A DNA stretch of 52,154 nt from Craspedostauros australis (taxonomy: Eukaryota), in NCBI GenBank assembly GCA_030167865.1, contig JALAGF010000281.1, positions 1 to 52,154 on the forward strand. The letters are read 5' to 3'. This document shows positions 12,101-22,447 of the stretch, piece after piece (positions within the stretch are counted from its first letter, which is position 1; each line of letters opens with the position of its first letter). The notes below the pieces were generated by a model that saw only the letters and a list, made by a program, of their open reading frames with translations, ran no database searches and was not told the origin of the DNA. The position numbers and the translations under genes were made by a program.

Positions 12101-14569
12101 GTCGCGTGGATGCATTGCATCTGGGAGGGCAACCTCAAGCATTTCCCAGGACATGTCGTCACCCTCTTCCTCCTCTACATGTGGCGAAACTACGGCACCT
12201 ACGCCATAGATTCCAACGTCAACGGAGGATTCCTCTCCGTCACGTGGGAGGAGATGTTCCTGTCGCTCCTCTGGGGTGGCAGCACGAGTGGTAGCCGTGA
12301 CGACCCCTCGCCCACCTACCTACCCTCCCACTCCGCACCAAACATGAGGACCCACAGTGGCCGACGTCAGCCAAGCTCGGTCTTCGATTCCATTCGGTCT
12401 TCCGTCCGCGGAATGGGAAAGTTTCAATTCCAGTCTCCAGCTCAAACACAGGCCAAGGCCATTACGAATCCCAGGCGCATGATGCAACCCATCGAGATGG
12501 TCCGCAAGAATCCAGACTCCATGAAAACGGCCATGTCGCACTTCCAGCAGGCGGAGGAATCGTCGCCCTCGTCACCCCCATCATCGGTGTCCGTTCCGAC
12601 CAATGCGGAAGAGCCACGAAAATCCATCGAGGAGATCGCATCAGCCTTCTCCGAGGGCATCACCACGTGCGATTACAAGACTTGGTTCCAATCGCACAGG
12701 GGCTGCTTCGTGGGATCGGCAGGTGTCACGTTCCTCATGGACAAGGGCTTCTGCACCACGCGCGCCGATGCCGTCGCCATCGGACAGCGTCTTCAGAAGG
12801 AGCTCAAGCTCTTCGCACCCATCACCACCGGCATCAAGGACTTTGAGGACAGCCGCGCATACTACATCTTCTTGACGCACAAGGACGACGCGTACGAAAT
12901 CAAAACAAAGCAACCGCTCGGGCGGCGTGTTTTGGACAACATCGGGTTCGCCAATCCACCAGAGACCACTATTGCGGAAGCGCACCTCGAATTCCCCTTC
13001 GCCACCGGCAACGATCACGGTCGCTTCACCGTCAAGGAATCGCTCGTCATTCGTTCCAAGGAGTCCAAGCAGCTCCTCCTCATGCAAGCAGCGAACGACG
13101 ACGAGGAGGCAGAGTTTGATGACGTGTACAAGCTGGCGATGACCAAACGCCAGAAGCTGCTGCGACGAGTCGGAAATGCCGCGGGCGTCAACGGTGTCAG
13201 CGAGGCTGACGCCGCAGTAGCTGCTCGTTTGGGCCTCACCGGTGACGCAGCGGCAATTGCGAAGCTCGCATATTCGAAGAACGGCAAGCCTCCTTCCTTC
13301 CTGCACAGCTTCAGCTACCACGGTTCCGAGGGATCCGACAGTGACCCAGACTACCTCGGCGAGTACGGCGACGATGTCGATGATGACTTTGATGGCTCAG
13401 AGTATCGGTACGTAGTAGAGACCAAGGTGTTGGCAAAGCCACCGCCGCAGGACATCAACGTGGTGCAAAAATCGGACAAGAAGCTGCCCGACACAATTAA
13501 CGAGGCCAAGAACATGATTCATGGGATGATGTTTCACATCTTCAACGACAAGGTCTACCAGATGCCAAAGCTGACAGAGGCCACCAAGGCGGCGTTGCGG
13601 AAACGTATCAGCTTCGCGCCGAGATCGTCCTCCAAAGTAAAAAAGATCAAGTCGCCGACGTCGGTGCTTGGCGCGGGCAGCGTTATCTCCATCAAGTCAC
13701 GCAAGAACAAGAAGAAGCTGAAGCGGTCGAAAACCACCGATCCTTCCACGCCCCTGCCAAGACGGCGAAGCACAATGAACCCGCTCGCCACGCCGGAGAC
13801 CGACACCAAGGAGGAAGACCAGGCGTACCTGGCGGAGTTGCGACACGATTACGACAAATTGCTGGGGGTGAACAAGTACTCGAATTCCAACCTCATCCTG
13901 CAAAAGATCGCCGTCATCGTTCAACCCATGCTCGAGATCATGCAGGCCGGGCTCCTGGTCTTCCGATCGCTCTTCAACGCGCTCACCTGGCGCGATCCGT
14001 ACTTGTCGTTTTGGATCACGCTGATTGGGCCAGCCATCGTGGTGGCCCTGCACCTGTTCCCCTGGCGGTTCGCCGCATTCGTGGCAGGCTTCGTACTGAT
14101 CGGGCCTCAGAATTGGGGACTTCGTCTGTATCGTGAGAAGCACGGGATCGACGCCACCCCCGACTTTGACCTGCTCACGAAGAAGAAGAAGGTCAAGAAG
14201 GACGGCTCATCCGGCTTCGAGCCCAACTACTTTTCGTCGTACGCGCCGGACAATCGTCCCGTGCCGCTGACGGAGATCGACACATCGCAACCGAGGACAG
14301 TCGTGGTCCCGAACTCGCCGCTAATGTACAACCGATTCTATGACTGGCCGCCGGAACCGGATTACTCGCGCATCTACGCATGCTCCCCTCCCAGCAGCAA
14401 CCAGGCGGCGGCTCAGATGCTGGAAGCCAACCGATTCGAAGACATCGACGACGCGACGCTGGGATCCATGTCACGCAAGAAGAGCAAGTGGAAGCGAGTT
14501 GGCAAAGCGATGAACGTACGGCGACTGCTCAAGAAAAAGGGCGCAGGCCTGGAGAAGATTGCAGAGTAG
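9143..14569 (+). CDS. C2-domain + DEP-domain membrane protein with MCTP/PRT_C-like hydrophobic hairpins, 1808 aa
   Basis: Uninterrupted ATG-initiated ORF. C2 domain at about 10910-11300 (IGTLSVEVMQCFGI...NPMW...DGFAGRVVINICRL...GAIRLRFHLDW). DEP domain at about 12625-12875 (HRGCFVGSAGVTFLMDKGFCTTRADAVAIGQRL...FEDSRAYYIF). MCTP-like segments LHTWKSPVISGFVFVAW and ALTWRDPYLSFWITL...FPWRF. Confidence 0.85.
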   Translation: MKNPFKKKKSKQQDKQSSKRKKGKAQQHVRQQQHQQQQKQDEAGPATAMEDATTIGPLHQNARKESAPLPSSLGYALHNPRERHPMPSSTMNGDANDPVVSPTHSRSLSLDHVHNMDYMDSTDDDDVDVDDDVYIDIDTHADTHADDKTTITETHARKQARAESSRYSSEDSTGSGKPSGSLETPTAPLTPDSYHSRYSQNHPATALSTTSTTSTPPSAASATPSAKFRRRGVFQTKKQRDLDTSGPFAWNNNGNNNANNSDIITSQPPNRNYSNASAATATSTSLSATASMKAQHYDYSAPLVAPEPPQPRESSRMSTLSAKQPPRTASTASNASRTAHPARSTHNSPNQPRTKQSSASKSALRRRRSLVLLRSATGGSSRTNQSGGSVTGSAATAAVRTVSFAKETGKKAAARLRQSLRRSGDGFFAHSSSASARSHDKDDDDASHHRKPTWTAISGITDIEILAQKSGINTAEERFKVMPDYAYPHVRMNRDELRAECRKTSTYFHTFRTVHERNPPVTTTSTLRQSLHVSDTDNRPNSNNSNFSIDSSYDNTTGQPLAVPQANQRPQDQPTERLLNSTALYKHDRSVIGTLSVEVMQCFGIPRPGLLEESTAFCVSVCGPHAFQTDVMPPVANPMWLSKMRRACIFPIYQAYEDLCVGVFSRQQGAKDGFAGRVVINICRLRPGSTYDVTLPLRMFAHIYSRQQRGAIRLRFHLDWYDEQKAVLSYLPNIRLPIHKPTSKKAKQLSNQNYIPHHASTWVGWIKDRAENVTSILPAVPFLDKVKGTSATSMADDTNLAQDEINQKYDYGDTMDDDPTSNASNANNDNASNQHKPITRKDRQPLGLSASLSPAAMPRKPYGRDRKRGTITSSTARSRSVLQPSPASAASSTSTPSNPALSETGTQQEPPPLPQPTIACCDAKGFQNVARVVHGVDMPGKFSMKRIKAISREITFTQIHILRYLRRRELHYLHTWKSPVISGFVFVAWMHCIWEGNLKHFPGHVVTLFLLYMWRNYGTYAIDSNVNGGFLSVTWEEMFLSLLWGGSTSGSRDDPSPTYLPSHSAPNMRTHSGRRQPSSVFDSIRSSVRGMGKFQFQSPAQTQAKAITNPRRMMQPIEMVRKNPDSMKTAMSHFQQAEESSPSSPPSSVSVPTNAEEPRKSIEEIASAFSEGITTCDYKTWFQSHRGCFVGSAGVTFLMDKGFCTTRADAVAIGQRLQKELKLFAPITTGIKDFEDSRAYYIFLTHKDDAYEIKTKQPLGRRVLDNIGFANPPETTIAEAHLEFPFATGNDHGRFTVKESLVIRSKESKQLLLMQAANDDEEAEFDDVYKLAMTKRQKLLRRVGNAAGVNGVSEADAAVAARLGLTGDAAAIAKLAYSKNGKPPSFLHSFSYHGSEGSDSDPDYLGEYGDDVDDDFDGSEYRYVVETKVLAKPPPQDINVVQKSDKKLPDTINEAKNMIHGMMFHIFNDKVYQMPKLTEATKAALRKRISFAPRSSSKVKKIKSPTSVLGAGSVISIKSRKNKKKLKRSKTTDPSTPLPRRRSTMNPLATPETDTKEEDQAYLAELRHDYDKLLGVNKYSNSNLILQKIAVIVQPMLEIMQAGLLVFRSLFNALTWRDPYLSFWITLIGPAIVVALHLFPWRFAAFVAGFVLIGPQNWGLRLYREKHGIDATPDFDLLTKKKKVKKDGSSGFEPNYFSSYAPDNRPVPLTEIDTSQPRTVVVPNSPLMYNRFYDWPPEPDYSRIYACSPPSSNQAAAQMLEANRFEDIDDATLGSMSRKKSKWKRVGKAMNVRRLLKKKGAGLEKIAE

Positions 14570-16290
14570 AACGAACTCGCGATGTGGCGTGCTGTTTCAT
14601 TTTTTAGGGAGGCCATTGATGCTCTGCAAGTGCACATTCATGGGGACACAACAAAGGTTTCCAAACATGACGATGGAAAGAGCAGGAGGTGGAGGCGGCA
14701 GCGGAGCGCATACAATTAGAGCATTTACAGATCTCCCTGCTTCCACAAGGAACGGTGAAGAAACAGACAAGCAAGAAAACAACACAAGGGAAAAGTGGAA
14801 CCGTTGGTGTTCACAGCTCACATGACACGATACCATACGGTATGATACTCGTCCGCGTATGATAGTTAAGAGATACAATAGATCATGGGGGATACTGATA
14901 CAACGAACAGGCCTGACGGGATGAATGAGACTTTCTGTGGAGTAATACGTAACATATTATCCATACATACCAGCGACTCTTTGATGTGTACGCGTGTGCA
15001 CCATGCCGTTGCTACTTGCTCATACCTGCTCGAGCGTGCAAACACCGAGAACAGATCGGCATGTTCTGGATTTCTCCATTGTGAAGCTGCTGCGCTGCTT
15101 CTTTTCCACTTCCTGTGATGGCATCATTTCGATACACGCAACCATGTTCTGACAGGCCGAATCGCACTGGGGGCGATTGAATAAAATGTTCTGACTCTGG
15201 ATGGATGAAATTCTGTCCTTGCCAGAATGATGACAGATTCAGGTTGCAATTCTGCTGTCAGCATCATCTGTTCCTGTCTGCGATTAAAGACCTGCGACTA
15301 TGCGATGCGCTGATCATACGCGAAGGGCGGAACGTGACGTCTGTTCGCGCGAGGGCGTGTGTCTCGAACGTGGAGAGTGCGATCAAAATCCTCGTGGTCA
15401 GAGTTCTATCGACTGAAACACGCGGAAGACGATTCTCGAGAGTACATCAAACACGCATGCTCATTCGCCAACAACTGTCACTGTGCTGCTCTCCAGAGAG
15501 AGGAATAAGAATACGAGCAGACGCCCAACCCAGTCACGCCGCCGTCCATGGATTCCTTGGATCGGACAGGACCCTGACGAAATTTTTGATGGCGGTGCCC
15601 TGTTCTGTGTATTTGCGCTTGCACTTGCACTTGCGCTTGCATCTGTATCTGCAACATGGATACGGGCGTTAGCATCCCGCAGATACATTCTGCGAGCAGT
15701 ACTATCATGTCAGAGTGCGATTCACTCCCAAACCTTGCGAGGGTGTTGGCGATAAAGGATTTTTTCCAAACACGGCAGAGAGAGAGAGAGAGCAGCAAAT
15801 GCTGCTGTGCCCACAAAACAGACACAGCTTACGTGTATCGGTTCACGTGTATCGACGGCAGTACCCCCACTGCAATGCGAGTGCGAGTCGAGAGTGGCAT
15901 CAAGAGCAGCATCAAGAGCAGCATCAAGAGACCAGAGTCGGAAAGAGGATCAAGGAAGATCTCCACACACCAAAGGAAGGGGAAAGGAAAAGGTGAGGCT
16001 GGATCGGCGGCCGGACAGACATTGAGAACAGACAAACCACACAGCGTCGGAATTTAGCGCCAGATGTGGCAAGCACCGAAAAGAAGCAAGGAGATGAAGC
16101 CCCACACTCCAAGCAGTGCGTCTGCCGTGTTTGCAATTGGTTGGGTGCGTGCAGTAGGTCGTGGACAGAGAGAGGAGTGTGGGCGGCATCAACCAAAGCC
16201 ATCACGATCGGCATCAATGATTTTCTTCGACGATCTTCGAAACCGTGTCACACGAAGTGCGCATCCATAAGTACCATTGTGCACAAAAGA

Positions 16291-18303
16291 ATGTCTGGCG
16301 ACATGGCAAATCCATCACGTCAGCACCAACTGCCTCATCTCACCTCACTTGTCAACCTTGTCTCTGTTCACGGTATCTTTCATCACCAACCTGCACCCAA
16401 GCAACATCCAGGCAACACTCAGGCAACATCCAACTTTGTATCAGCTAGTGTGACCAGCAGTATTTCCATCATGCAAGATACAGCCAGAAACTGCGATAGG
16501 ACCAACCCAGCCAGCCAGAGCAACGCTCCTGATGGCACCGAACAAAAACAGAACACCGACATTTGCAACCAAAGCAACAACCCATCGTTGGATCCGGCTC
16601 CAGAAAATGAGATTCTGAGCCACATTTGCACCATTCTCTCCGACACCGACAGCGCCACGGATCAGCACTTCAGACTTTTGGAAAACCACGAATCCTGTTT
16701 GGCGCGGTCGCCATGGCCCAGGAATCAAGGCGCGGGGTCGATGCCCGACAGTTACCTTTGCATACCTGGCGACACTCTCGGAGATCTCATTCCACCCTCC
16801 TGCCAGAATCAGACCAATGCCTATCCCATCCGATGGGCGCAGATTTCAGCATATGTTCGGGCCCGTGGGGTCATGGGTATGGGACCAATCATCCTGTCCA
16901 CATCACATTTGAGCATTCCAGAATGCAGATACATAGTCACCGTCGCCGGTATCAACCTTTTCACTTTCATCAATCCTGAACGAACGGAGGTGCCATCCCG
17001 AAGATGCAATGCCAATCGAATCTCTGCACTGACGCCAGCAACACATTCACCAGCACCACCGACAGCGCCATCACCTGAGGCCCGGCAGCTCCTCCACGCC
17101 CTCGATGTCCTACTCCGCCTGTTCCACGAGTGTGCTTTCGACCCCATCAAAAACAACATCTCGATTTGGTTCGAACCGCATTTCCCCCAGCTGCTGCTTA
17201 GATTGAACGTCCGGCTTGATGACGTCCGGCTGTGGACTCACATGGAGATGACGGAGGAGCATTGCAAATTGATAGCGACGACGGCCAAATCGATCCGGTG
17301 CGCCTATGTCTCATTCGGTGATGGTGGCGGATCTTTCTTTCGGCACATGGTCGAATCCAACGCTCGCATTGAGTCCATCGCCTTCTCCCGCACCAACATC
17401 GACATCGACTTGCTGTGCGAGGCGATTCCCCGGCTCTCGACTCTGAAGTCGGTCGGCTTGCGTTGCTCTCGCCAAGGAGATGGACCGGGCGATCATTCGG
17501 TTCGGTCCGCCCAACTAGATAAGTTTGTTCTCGCCATTGTCGATCATTCGGGCATCCAGAAGGTCACGCAGTCTGGAAGTGCTCCGGCGACGCAGTGGTT
17601 GCATCGCTTGTCGCAGCTCATCCGTTGCGATCACATCTCATCGATCTCCGATGACTTCACTGTCAGCGCTGATCGTACCGATACTGGCTGCCTGGATCGA
17701 ACGGCGCGTCTTTCCATCACAGCAGCCATCCTGGACGCGGTCCGTGACAACCCAAATCTGGTCGCTCTCGATCTTGATTTGAGTTCACGCCGTGCTGTGG
17801 ATGCAGACCGTTGGGAATGCGGGGTCAAATCGTTCCTGCGCGAGCGCATCGTTGGCAAGAAGGCTATTGGGGTGGTGGAAAACATGCTGCGGCAGGACCG
17901 CATGTCCTCCGGCACTTTGACCCAGATGCTGTCGATGCAGAAGGTATCCAACCATTTGGATACAGTGTTTAGCATCGTAAGTATGCTGTCAGATTACATT
18001 GGAAGTCACGCGCCGTGTGTTGTGGGAGACATGCCGAACAGTGATACTCGCAAGCTTGATGACGACTGTGCCATGAGTGACACGGATGCTGACGCTTGTG
18101 GACTCGTGGATGGTGGAGGAGCCAGTAATTCCAGCAATCTCCCCAAGCCTGCTGCTGCTGCAACTTCGGAGTCCTCTGTTTCAACTTCGATGACGGCCGA
18201 AGGTGAGGATGGCATCACGCAGAAGCGCTTTCGCTGCTTGGATCTGTCAGACAATGATGCGAATGGAAAAGAAAAGGTGCGGAAAGTGAAGTTGAGAACA
18301 TGA
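16291..18303 (+). CDS. Hypothetical protein with probable RNI-like/degenerate LRR solenoid, about 670 aa
   Basis: Long ORF (16066..18303) with first ATG at 16291 and an alternative at 16471. The central region has periodic LxxLxL-like patterns (IPRLSTLKSVGL, VRDNPNLVALDL, IVDHSGIQKV). The function call is weak. Confidence 0.6.
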   Translation: MSGDMANPSRQHQLPHLTSLVNLVSVHGIFHHQPAPKQHPGNTQATSNFVSASVTSSISIMQDTARNCDRTNPASQSNAPDGTEQKQNTDICNQSNNPSLDPAPENEILSHICTILSDTDSATDQHFRLLENHESCLARSPWPRNQGAGSMPDSYLCIPGDTLGDLIPPSCQNQTNAYPIRWAQISAYVRARGVMGMGPIILSTSHLSIPECRYIVTVAGINLFTFINPERTEVPSRRCNANRISALTPATHSPAPPTAPSPEARQLLHALDVLLRLFHECAFDPIKNNISIWFEPHFPQLLLRLNVRLDDVRLWTHMEMTEEHCKLIATTAKSIRCAYVSFGDGGGSFFRHMVESNARIESIAFSRTNIDIDLLCEAIPRLSTLKSVGLRCSRQGDGPGDHSVRSAQLDKFVLAIVDHSGIQKVTQSGSAPATQWLHRLSQLIRCDHISSISDDFTVSADRTDTGCLDRTARLSITAAILDAVRDNPNLVALDLDLSSRRAVDADRWECGVKSFLRERIVGKKAIGVVENMLRQDRMSSGTLTQMLSMQKVSNHLDTVFSIVSMLSDYIGSHAPCVVGDMPNSDTRKLDDDCAMSDTDADACGLVDGGGASNSSNLPKPAAAATSESSVSTSMTAEGEDGITQKRFRCLDLSDNDANGKEKVRKVKLRT

Positions 18304-19189
18304 TCGTCATGAATGACATCCGGCGCAACCGCTACAGTCCAACGGGCACAGCAGCGAGGCGATGGCCGACTTCTGTGCTCTGGAAAGAGCGAGTTGTGCG
18401 CGTGCATCGCTGCCACAAGGAGGAGTCTGTAAGACTGTCCGCATACGCAAGACAAGATGTTCAGCCCTGACCGGCCCAGCCAGGCATACTCAATCGATGT
18501 AGTGATCAAGAGTCAAGTCAAGCAAGCAACTCCGCAACCAAACGGTCCTCCACAATGATTTAGGCGAGACAATGCGCGTGCGACCACGAGGTACGTAGCA
18601 GTGCCACAAAGCACTCTGTTGTTTGCAAGTACGAGCGCGAACAAGAACACGAATAGTGGAGATGGAAGTGGAGTTGGAGGTGTGGGTGCGAGCACAACCA
18701 CCAAACTGTCTCTCACGAGTGGACGGCAGCATACGATCAAAACGAAATCGCGGTGCTGGTTGCATGCCGCGAAACTGCCATGTGCGAGTACTTGGACGCA
18801 CAACATGAATCCATCAACGCTCCGACAACAACACAATGTGCCTTGAGGAACAAATCTGCTCTTTACATGCAATATATGCGATGCACACTTGTAGAACAAC
18901 ACCATTACATGATGACGAACGAGGAATATGCCTGACAAGCGTCTGGCTCTCATAGTGCGGATACTCGAATGTTGTTCTCGAATGTAATATTCGTTGATTG
19001 ATGCACTCAATGTGGTTAGCTGTCTACGAGTCCGAGCAGGAGTGCGGGTGTGTTATGCATTCATGAATGTTGGATAGGTGTGTTTACGAATTTTGTCTGT
19101 TACCTTTTGCCTGTCGCATGTGTTGCGTTGCGTTGCCTTTTTGGTTTTGTGTTTACTTTGGGAGTACGACGTGTTGATTGGCATGCGGC

Positions 19190-22100
19190 TCACGACGATG
19201 CTTCGGAATGATCGAACGCTTCGGAGAGATCGGTTCCCTTGGTCGTTTCCGTCGTATCTGCGGCAGAGTCATCCATGTGCGTGGAGGTGTGCGTTTGTGT
19301 CGATTCGTCTGCATCGCTGTCATGGCCATCATCATTATCATCGTCATCGTCATGGTCGTCATCATCATCATTAGTATTGTCGCAGTCGCTGGTGACGAGA
19401 TGCTTCTGCTTCGGCGGCTGCTCCTTCTCCCATTCCTGCTGCCAGTACCATATGTTGTCGTCGACGATGGGCAGTATCTCAAACTGCAGACGCGGGAGGA
19501 ATCGGCAGAGGAGCTGGTAGGCCGGCTGCACGACGAACTGTAGAAAGCCGATCTGCGATTTTGGCCTTGAGGTTGTGGAACGATCGCACAGCGGGCTCGG
19601 GTCCAATCCCTGCGATCGCTCCGTGTCACCCTGATGGAAGAGTTCCTGCAGACACTGGTCGGTCCACTTGATGGCAAGCTCGCGTGGCTTGGCTGGGTTG
19701 GAGATATCGGCGACGTGCAGGATGTAGTTGAGGAGCGATTGGATCATGACTGGATCTGTCATTTGTTGCAGTTGCTGCTGTTGTTCCTGACCATCTGCAT
19801 TTGCATCTGCATCCCCCATGATACCGGTGCCTGCATGGCCGCTTTCATTCGTGCGGTTGCTGCGATCATTAACCTGGTGTGATTGTTGTTGTTGTTGCTG
19901 TTGTTGACACTGCTGCTGCCATCGGACGAGGAGGCTCTTCATCTCGCTGACGGACTGGAAATGCTTGGACATGTCCGTGCTGAGGACACCGCTGATGACG
20001 AGCTCCCGGATGGATGCGATCTGGTCCTGATCCATGGTCATGAGGATGTTGACGGACGAGAGGATCTCTGCACGGGTCCTGTCCTGCTGCGGCTGCGGCT
20101 TGCTGCTGCCTCGAGAGGAGAACAGAGCAGCAGCAGATGTGGCAGCATCTGTCGAATGATTTCCAAAGAGCATCTGGAAGGCCCTGCTGGCATGCATGTT
20201 CTCGAGGACGGAGATGTCGTTGTAGGTGATGGCGAGCTTGGTGCGCGCGTGGATCTGGTATGAGTTGTTGAATCCCGGGTGTCCCATGTCATGCACGGCC
20301 GCGGCGATGAGGATGGAGAGCGCCGAGAGCCGATCGAAGGCCAGGAGACCGGAGTCGAGGGCTGATTGGAAGATGCAGTGGACGGTCTGCAGGACATCCG
20401 CGGCATGGACCCTGTTGTGGTAGGGTATCTTGTCCTGCGTGGCGTACTCTTTCTGGACGCAGCGCAGGAAGTTGCAGAGGATGACGGGTGGGATTTGGAA
20501 TTCCTTGACGAATCCGTAGAAGGATTCTTTGCGTTTGTTACCCGTGTGGTTGTCGGTGTCTGTGTGAGTGGAGTTGCCTAGATCGCTGCTGGAGTCTAGA
20601 TCGGTGTGGAAGGAATCATCAAGGTCCCCGTTGATGATGTGCTGCATGGCCTGCTGCGCATGCGGCGCCGCCATGATGGCCCATCCCATGAAGAGAAGCG
20701 GGTTTCCGCCCGTGAGACGATCGAGCTCGAAGACGTCGATGTGGTCCTGGTGATCCCCCCATCGCGAGCACGAGTCCCATGAGAGAAGACGGTGGACACG
20801 CTGCTGCTGCGTCTTGGTGAGCTGCAGGAACTCCGGCGGGACGAAGGCATTGCGCTGGTCGACGAGCTCTATCATGATGCGCTCCCGCTGCATGCGCTTG
20901 AGCTCCCTGGTCATGGAGGATCGCAAGGCAAGGTGCTTGACGAACTTGTTGGCCACGAGCATGGACTGCACGCGCTTCTTGACGATCTGCGTTTTGGAGA
21001 CATGCTCCTTGGCGCCCTCCTCGTCTTCGTTGCCGTTGTTGCCGTTGCCGCCGTTGCTGCGGCCATTGGCATTGCCGTTGGCGTCGCTGCCATTGGCATG
21101 CTGCTGCTGATCCATGTGCAGCTGGAAGGAAGAGCGCCTGCTGGATGCTCCACCGAACTCCTCCACCAGGAACTGGCTGGCCACGCAGTCCTTGTGCTGC
21201 GCGTGATGCAGGAGCTGGGTGGGGATGTGCATGGTGTGGAGGTTGGTGGAATGCATCATCTGCGATGGTGTGGGTGGCTTGCCTCCCGTCCTGGTTGTGC
21301 GGTTGCTCGTAGATGTAGACTTGGATTTGGGTGTAGATGTAGACGCAGACTTGGTCGTAGATGTTGCTGCAGTTGCGGAGGTGCTTTGGCCATCCTTCTG
21401 ATCGTGAGACGCTTGCTGCGACTGGTGCCTGTCGAGGGTTGCCTCCGATGCTTGGTCATGAGCATCTGCTGGATCAGCAACGACATGGCCATGGCCAAGG
21501 TCATTGTTGTCACCACTGTCACCCTCACCCTGATCAGTCTGAGTCTCAGATGTGCTCATGGAAGCGGCAGCAACCGCAGCAGCAGCAGCCAAAGAAGAAG
21601 GATGCTCCTGAGGATGCTCCTGGGAATGATCGTCGTCCGCAAAGGACAGCTCCGAGTCCTGACCAGGCGCCTGAGACAAGACGGGCGAGATATGGACGGA
21701 GGGGAAGGAGGAGAAGGTGGAGGCAGACGGAGATGCTGTGGCCAGAAGGAGGTTCTGCACGACCCTCAACCCCTGGCGCTGGTCCTCGCTCATGGCCTTG
21801 TACGGCTCCGACTGATGATCGAGCAGCGACGAGATGACCTGCAGCCCCTGATCCCACTGCGACTGCATCACGAGGGACTGCGACGACATGGAGGATCTGG
21901 GCAAGAAGATGGAAGTGCTGGAGCGTCTTCGCGGGTTGGTGCTCAAGCTTCCGCTCAAGCTGGAGATCATGCCGGAGTTGGCGCTGGAATTGGCACAGGA
22001 GGTGATGCTGGAGTTGCTTCCATCGTTCGAATAGCCGCCATGGCCACCATGGCTTGCATGGCTGGAAGCGAAGGTCTCATCCGCGGTGGCAGACGAGAGG

Positions 22101-22447
22101 GAGTGCACACTGGACATCTGTCTGCCCCATGGCGTCATGATGGAAGTGAAGGAGGCCCTTGTTTGGCGCCTTCTCTGTCGCTGTGGCTGCGTGTTTGACT
22201 GCATCTGCGATTGTCCACAGTCCTTTGTGTTGGTATCGCCTTGGCCTTGGCCTTTACCTTTACCTTTGCCTGAGCTGCTGCGGTTGTTGAGGCTGCTGAG
22301 GCTATCGAGGTTATTGAGGTTGTTGCCCCTGTGTGCCATGATGTCCGAACCCTGCGAAGACTTGGACTTTGACAGGAGCTCAGGGGGCAATGAGGCCCTT
22401 CTGCGGGAGCCGCCTGGCCATACCGGACTCGTCGGAGGAACTGTCAT
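19190..22447 (-). CDS. Class I 3',5'-cyclic nucleotide phosphodiesterase, about 1085 aa
   Basis: Complete catalytic signature: PYHNRVHAADVLQ, AAAVHDMGHPGFNN, SVLENMHASRAF, LSTDMSKH, LHVADISNPAK, ELFHQGDTE and SQIGFLQFVVQP. First ATG is at 22447. Long low-complexity N-terminus. Confidence 0.95.
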   Translation of the reverse strand: MTVPPTSPVWPGGSRRRASLPPELLSKSKSSQGSDIMAHRGNNLNNLDSLSSLNNRSSSGKGKGKGQGQGDTNTKDCGQSQMQSNTQPQRQRRRQTRASFTSIMTPWGRQMSSVHSLSSATADETFASSHASHGGHGGYSNDGSNSSITSCANSSANSGMISSLSGSLSTNPRRRSSTSIFLPRSSMSSQSLVMQSQWDQGLQVISSLLDHQSEPYKAMSEDQRQGLRVVQNLLLATASPSASTFSSFPSVHISPVLSQAPGQDSELSFADDDHSQEHPQEHPSSLAAAAAVAAASMSTSETQTDQGEGDSGDNNDLGHGHVVADPADAHDQASEATLDRHQSQQASHDQKDGQSTSATAATSTTKSASTSTPKSKSTSTSNRTTRTGGKPPTPSQMMHSTNLHTMHIPTQLLHHAQHKDCVASQFLVEEFGGASSRRSSFQLHMDQQQHANGSDANGNANGRSNGGNGNNGNEDEEGAKEHVSKTQIVKKRVQSMLVANKFVKHLALRSSMTRELKRMQRERIMIELVDQRNAFVPPEFLQLTKTQQQRVHRLLSWDSCSRWGDHQDHIDVFELDRLTGGNPLLFMGWAIMAAPHAQQAMQHIINGDLDDSFHTDLDSSSDLGNSTHTDTDNHTGNKRKESFYGFVKEFQIPPVILCNFLRCVQKEYATQDKIPYHNRVHAADVLQTVHCIFQSALDSGLLAFDRLSALSILIAAAVHDMGHPGFNNSYQIHARTKLAITYNDISVLENMHASRAFQMLFGNHSTDAATSAAALFSSRGSSKPQPQQDRTRAEILSSVNILMTMDQDQIASIRELVISGVLSTDMSKHFQSVSEMKSLLVRWQQQCQQQQQQQQSHQVNDRSNRTNESGHAGTGIMGDADANADGQEQQQQLQQMTDPVMIQSLLNYILHVADISNPAKPRELAIKWTDQCLQELFHQGDTERSQGLDPSPLCDRSTTSRPKSQIGFLQFVVQPAYQLLCRFLPRLQFEILPIVDDNIWYWQQEWEKEQPPKQKHLVTSDCDNTNDDDDDHDDDDDNDDGHDSDADESTQTHTSTHMDDSAADTTETTKGTDLSEAFDHSEASS

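Noticed and set aside
20792-22198. 468-aa plus-strand ORF
   Set aside because: Antisense shadow of the PDE gene.
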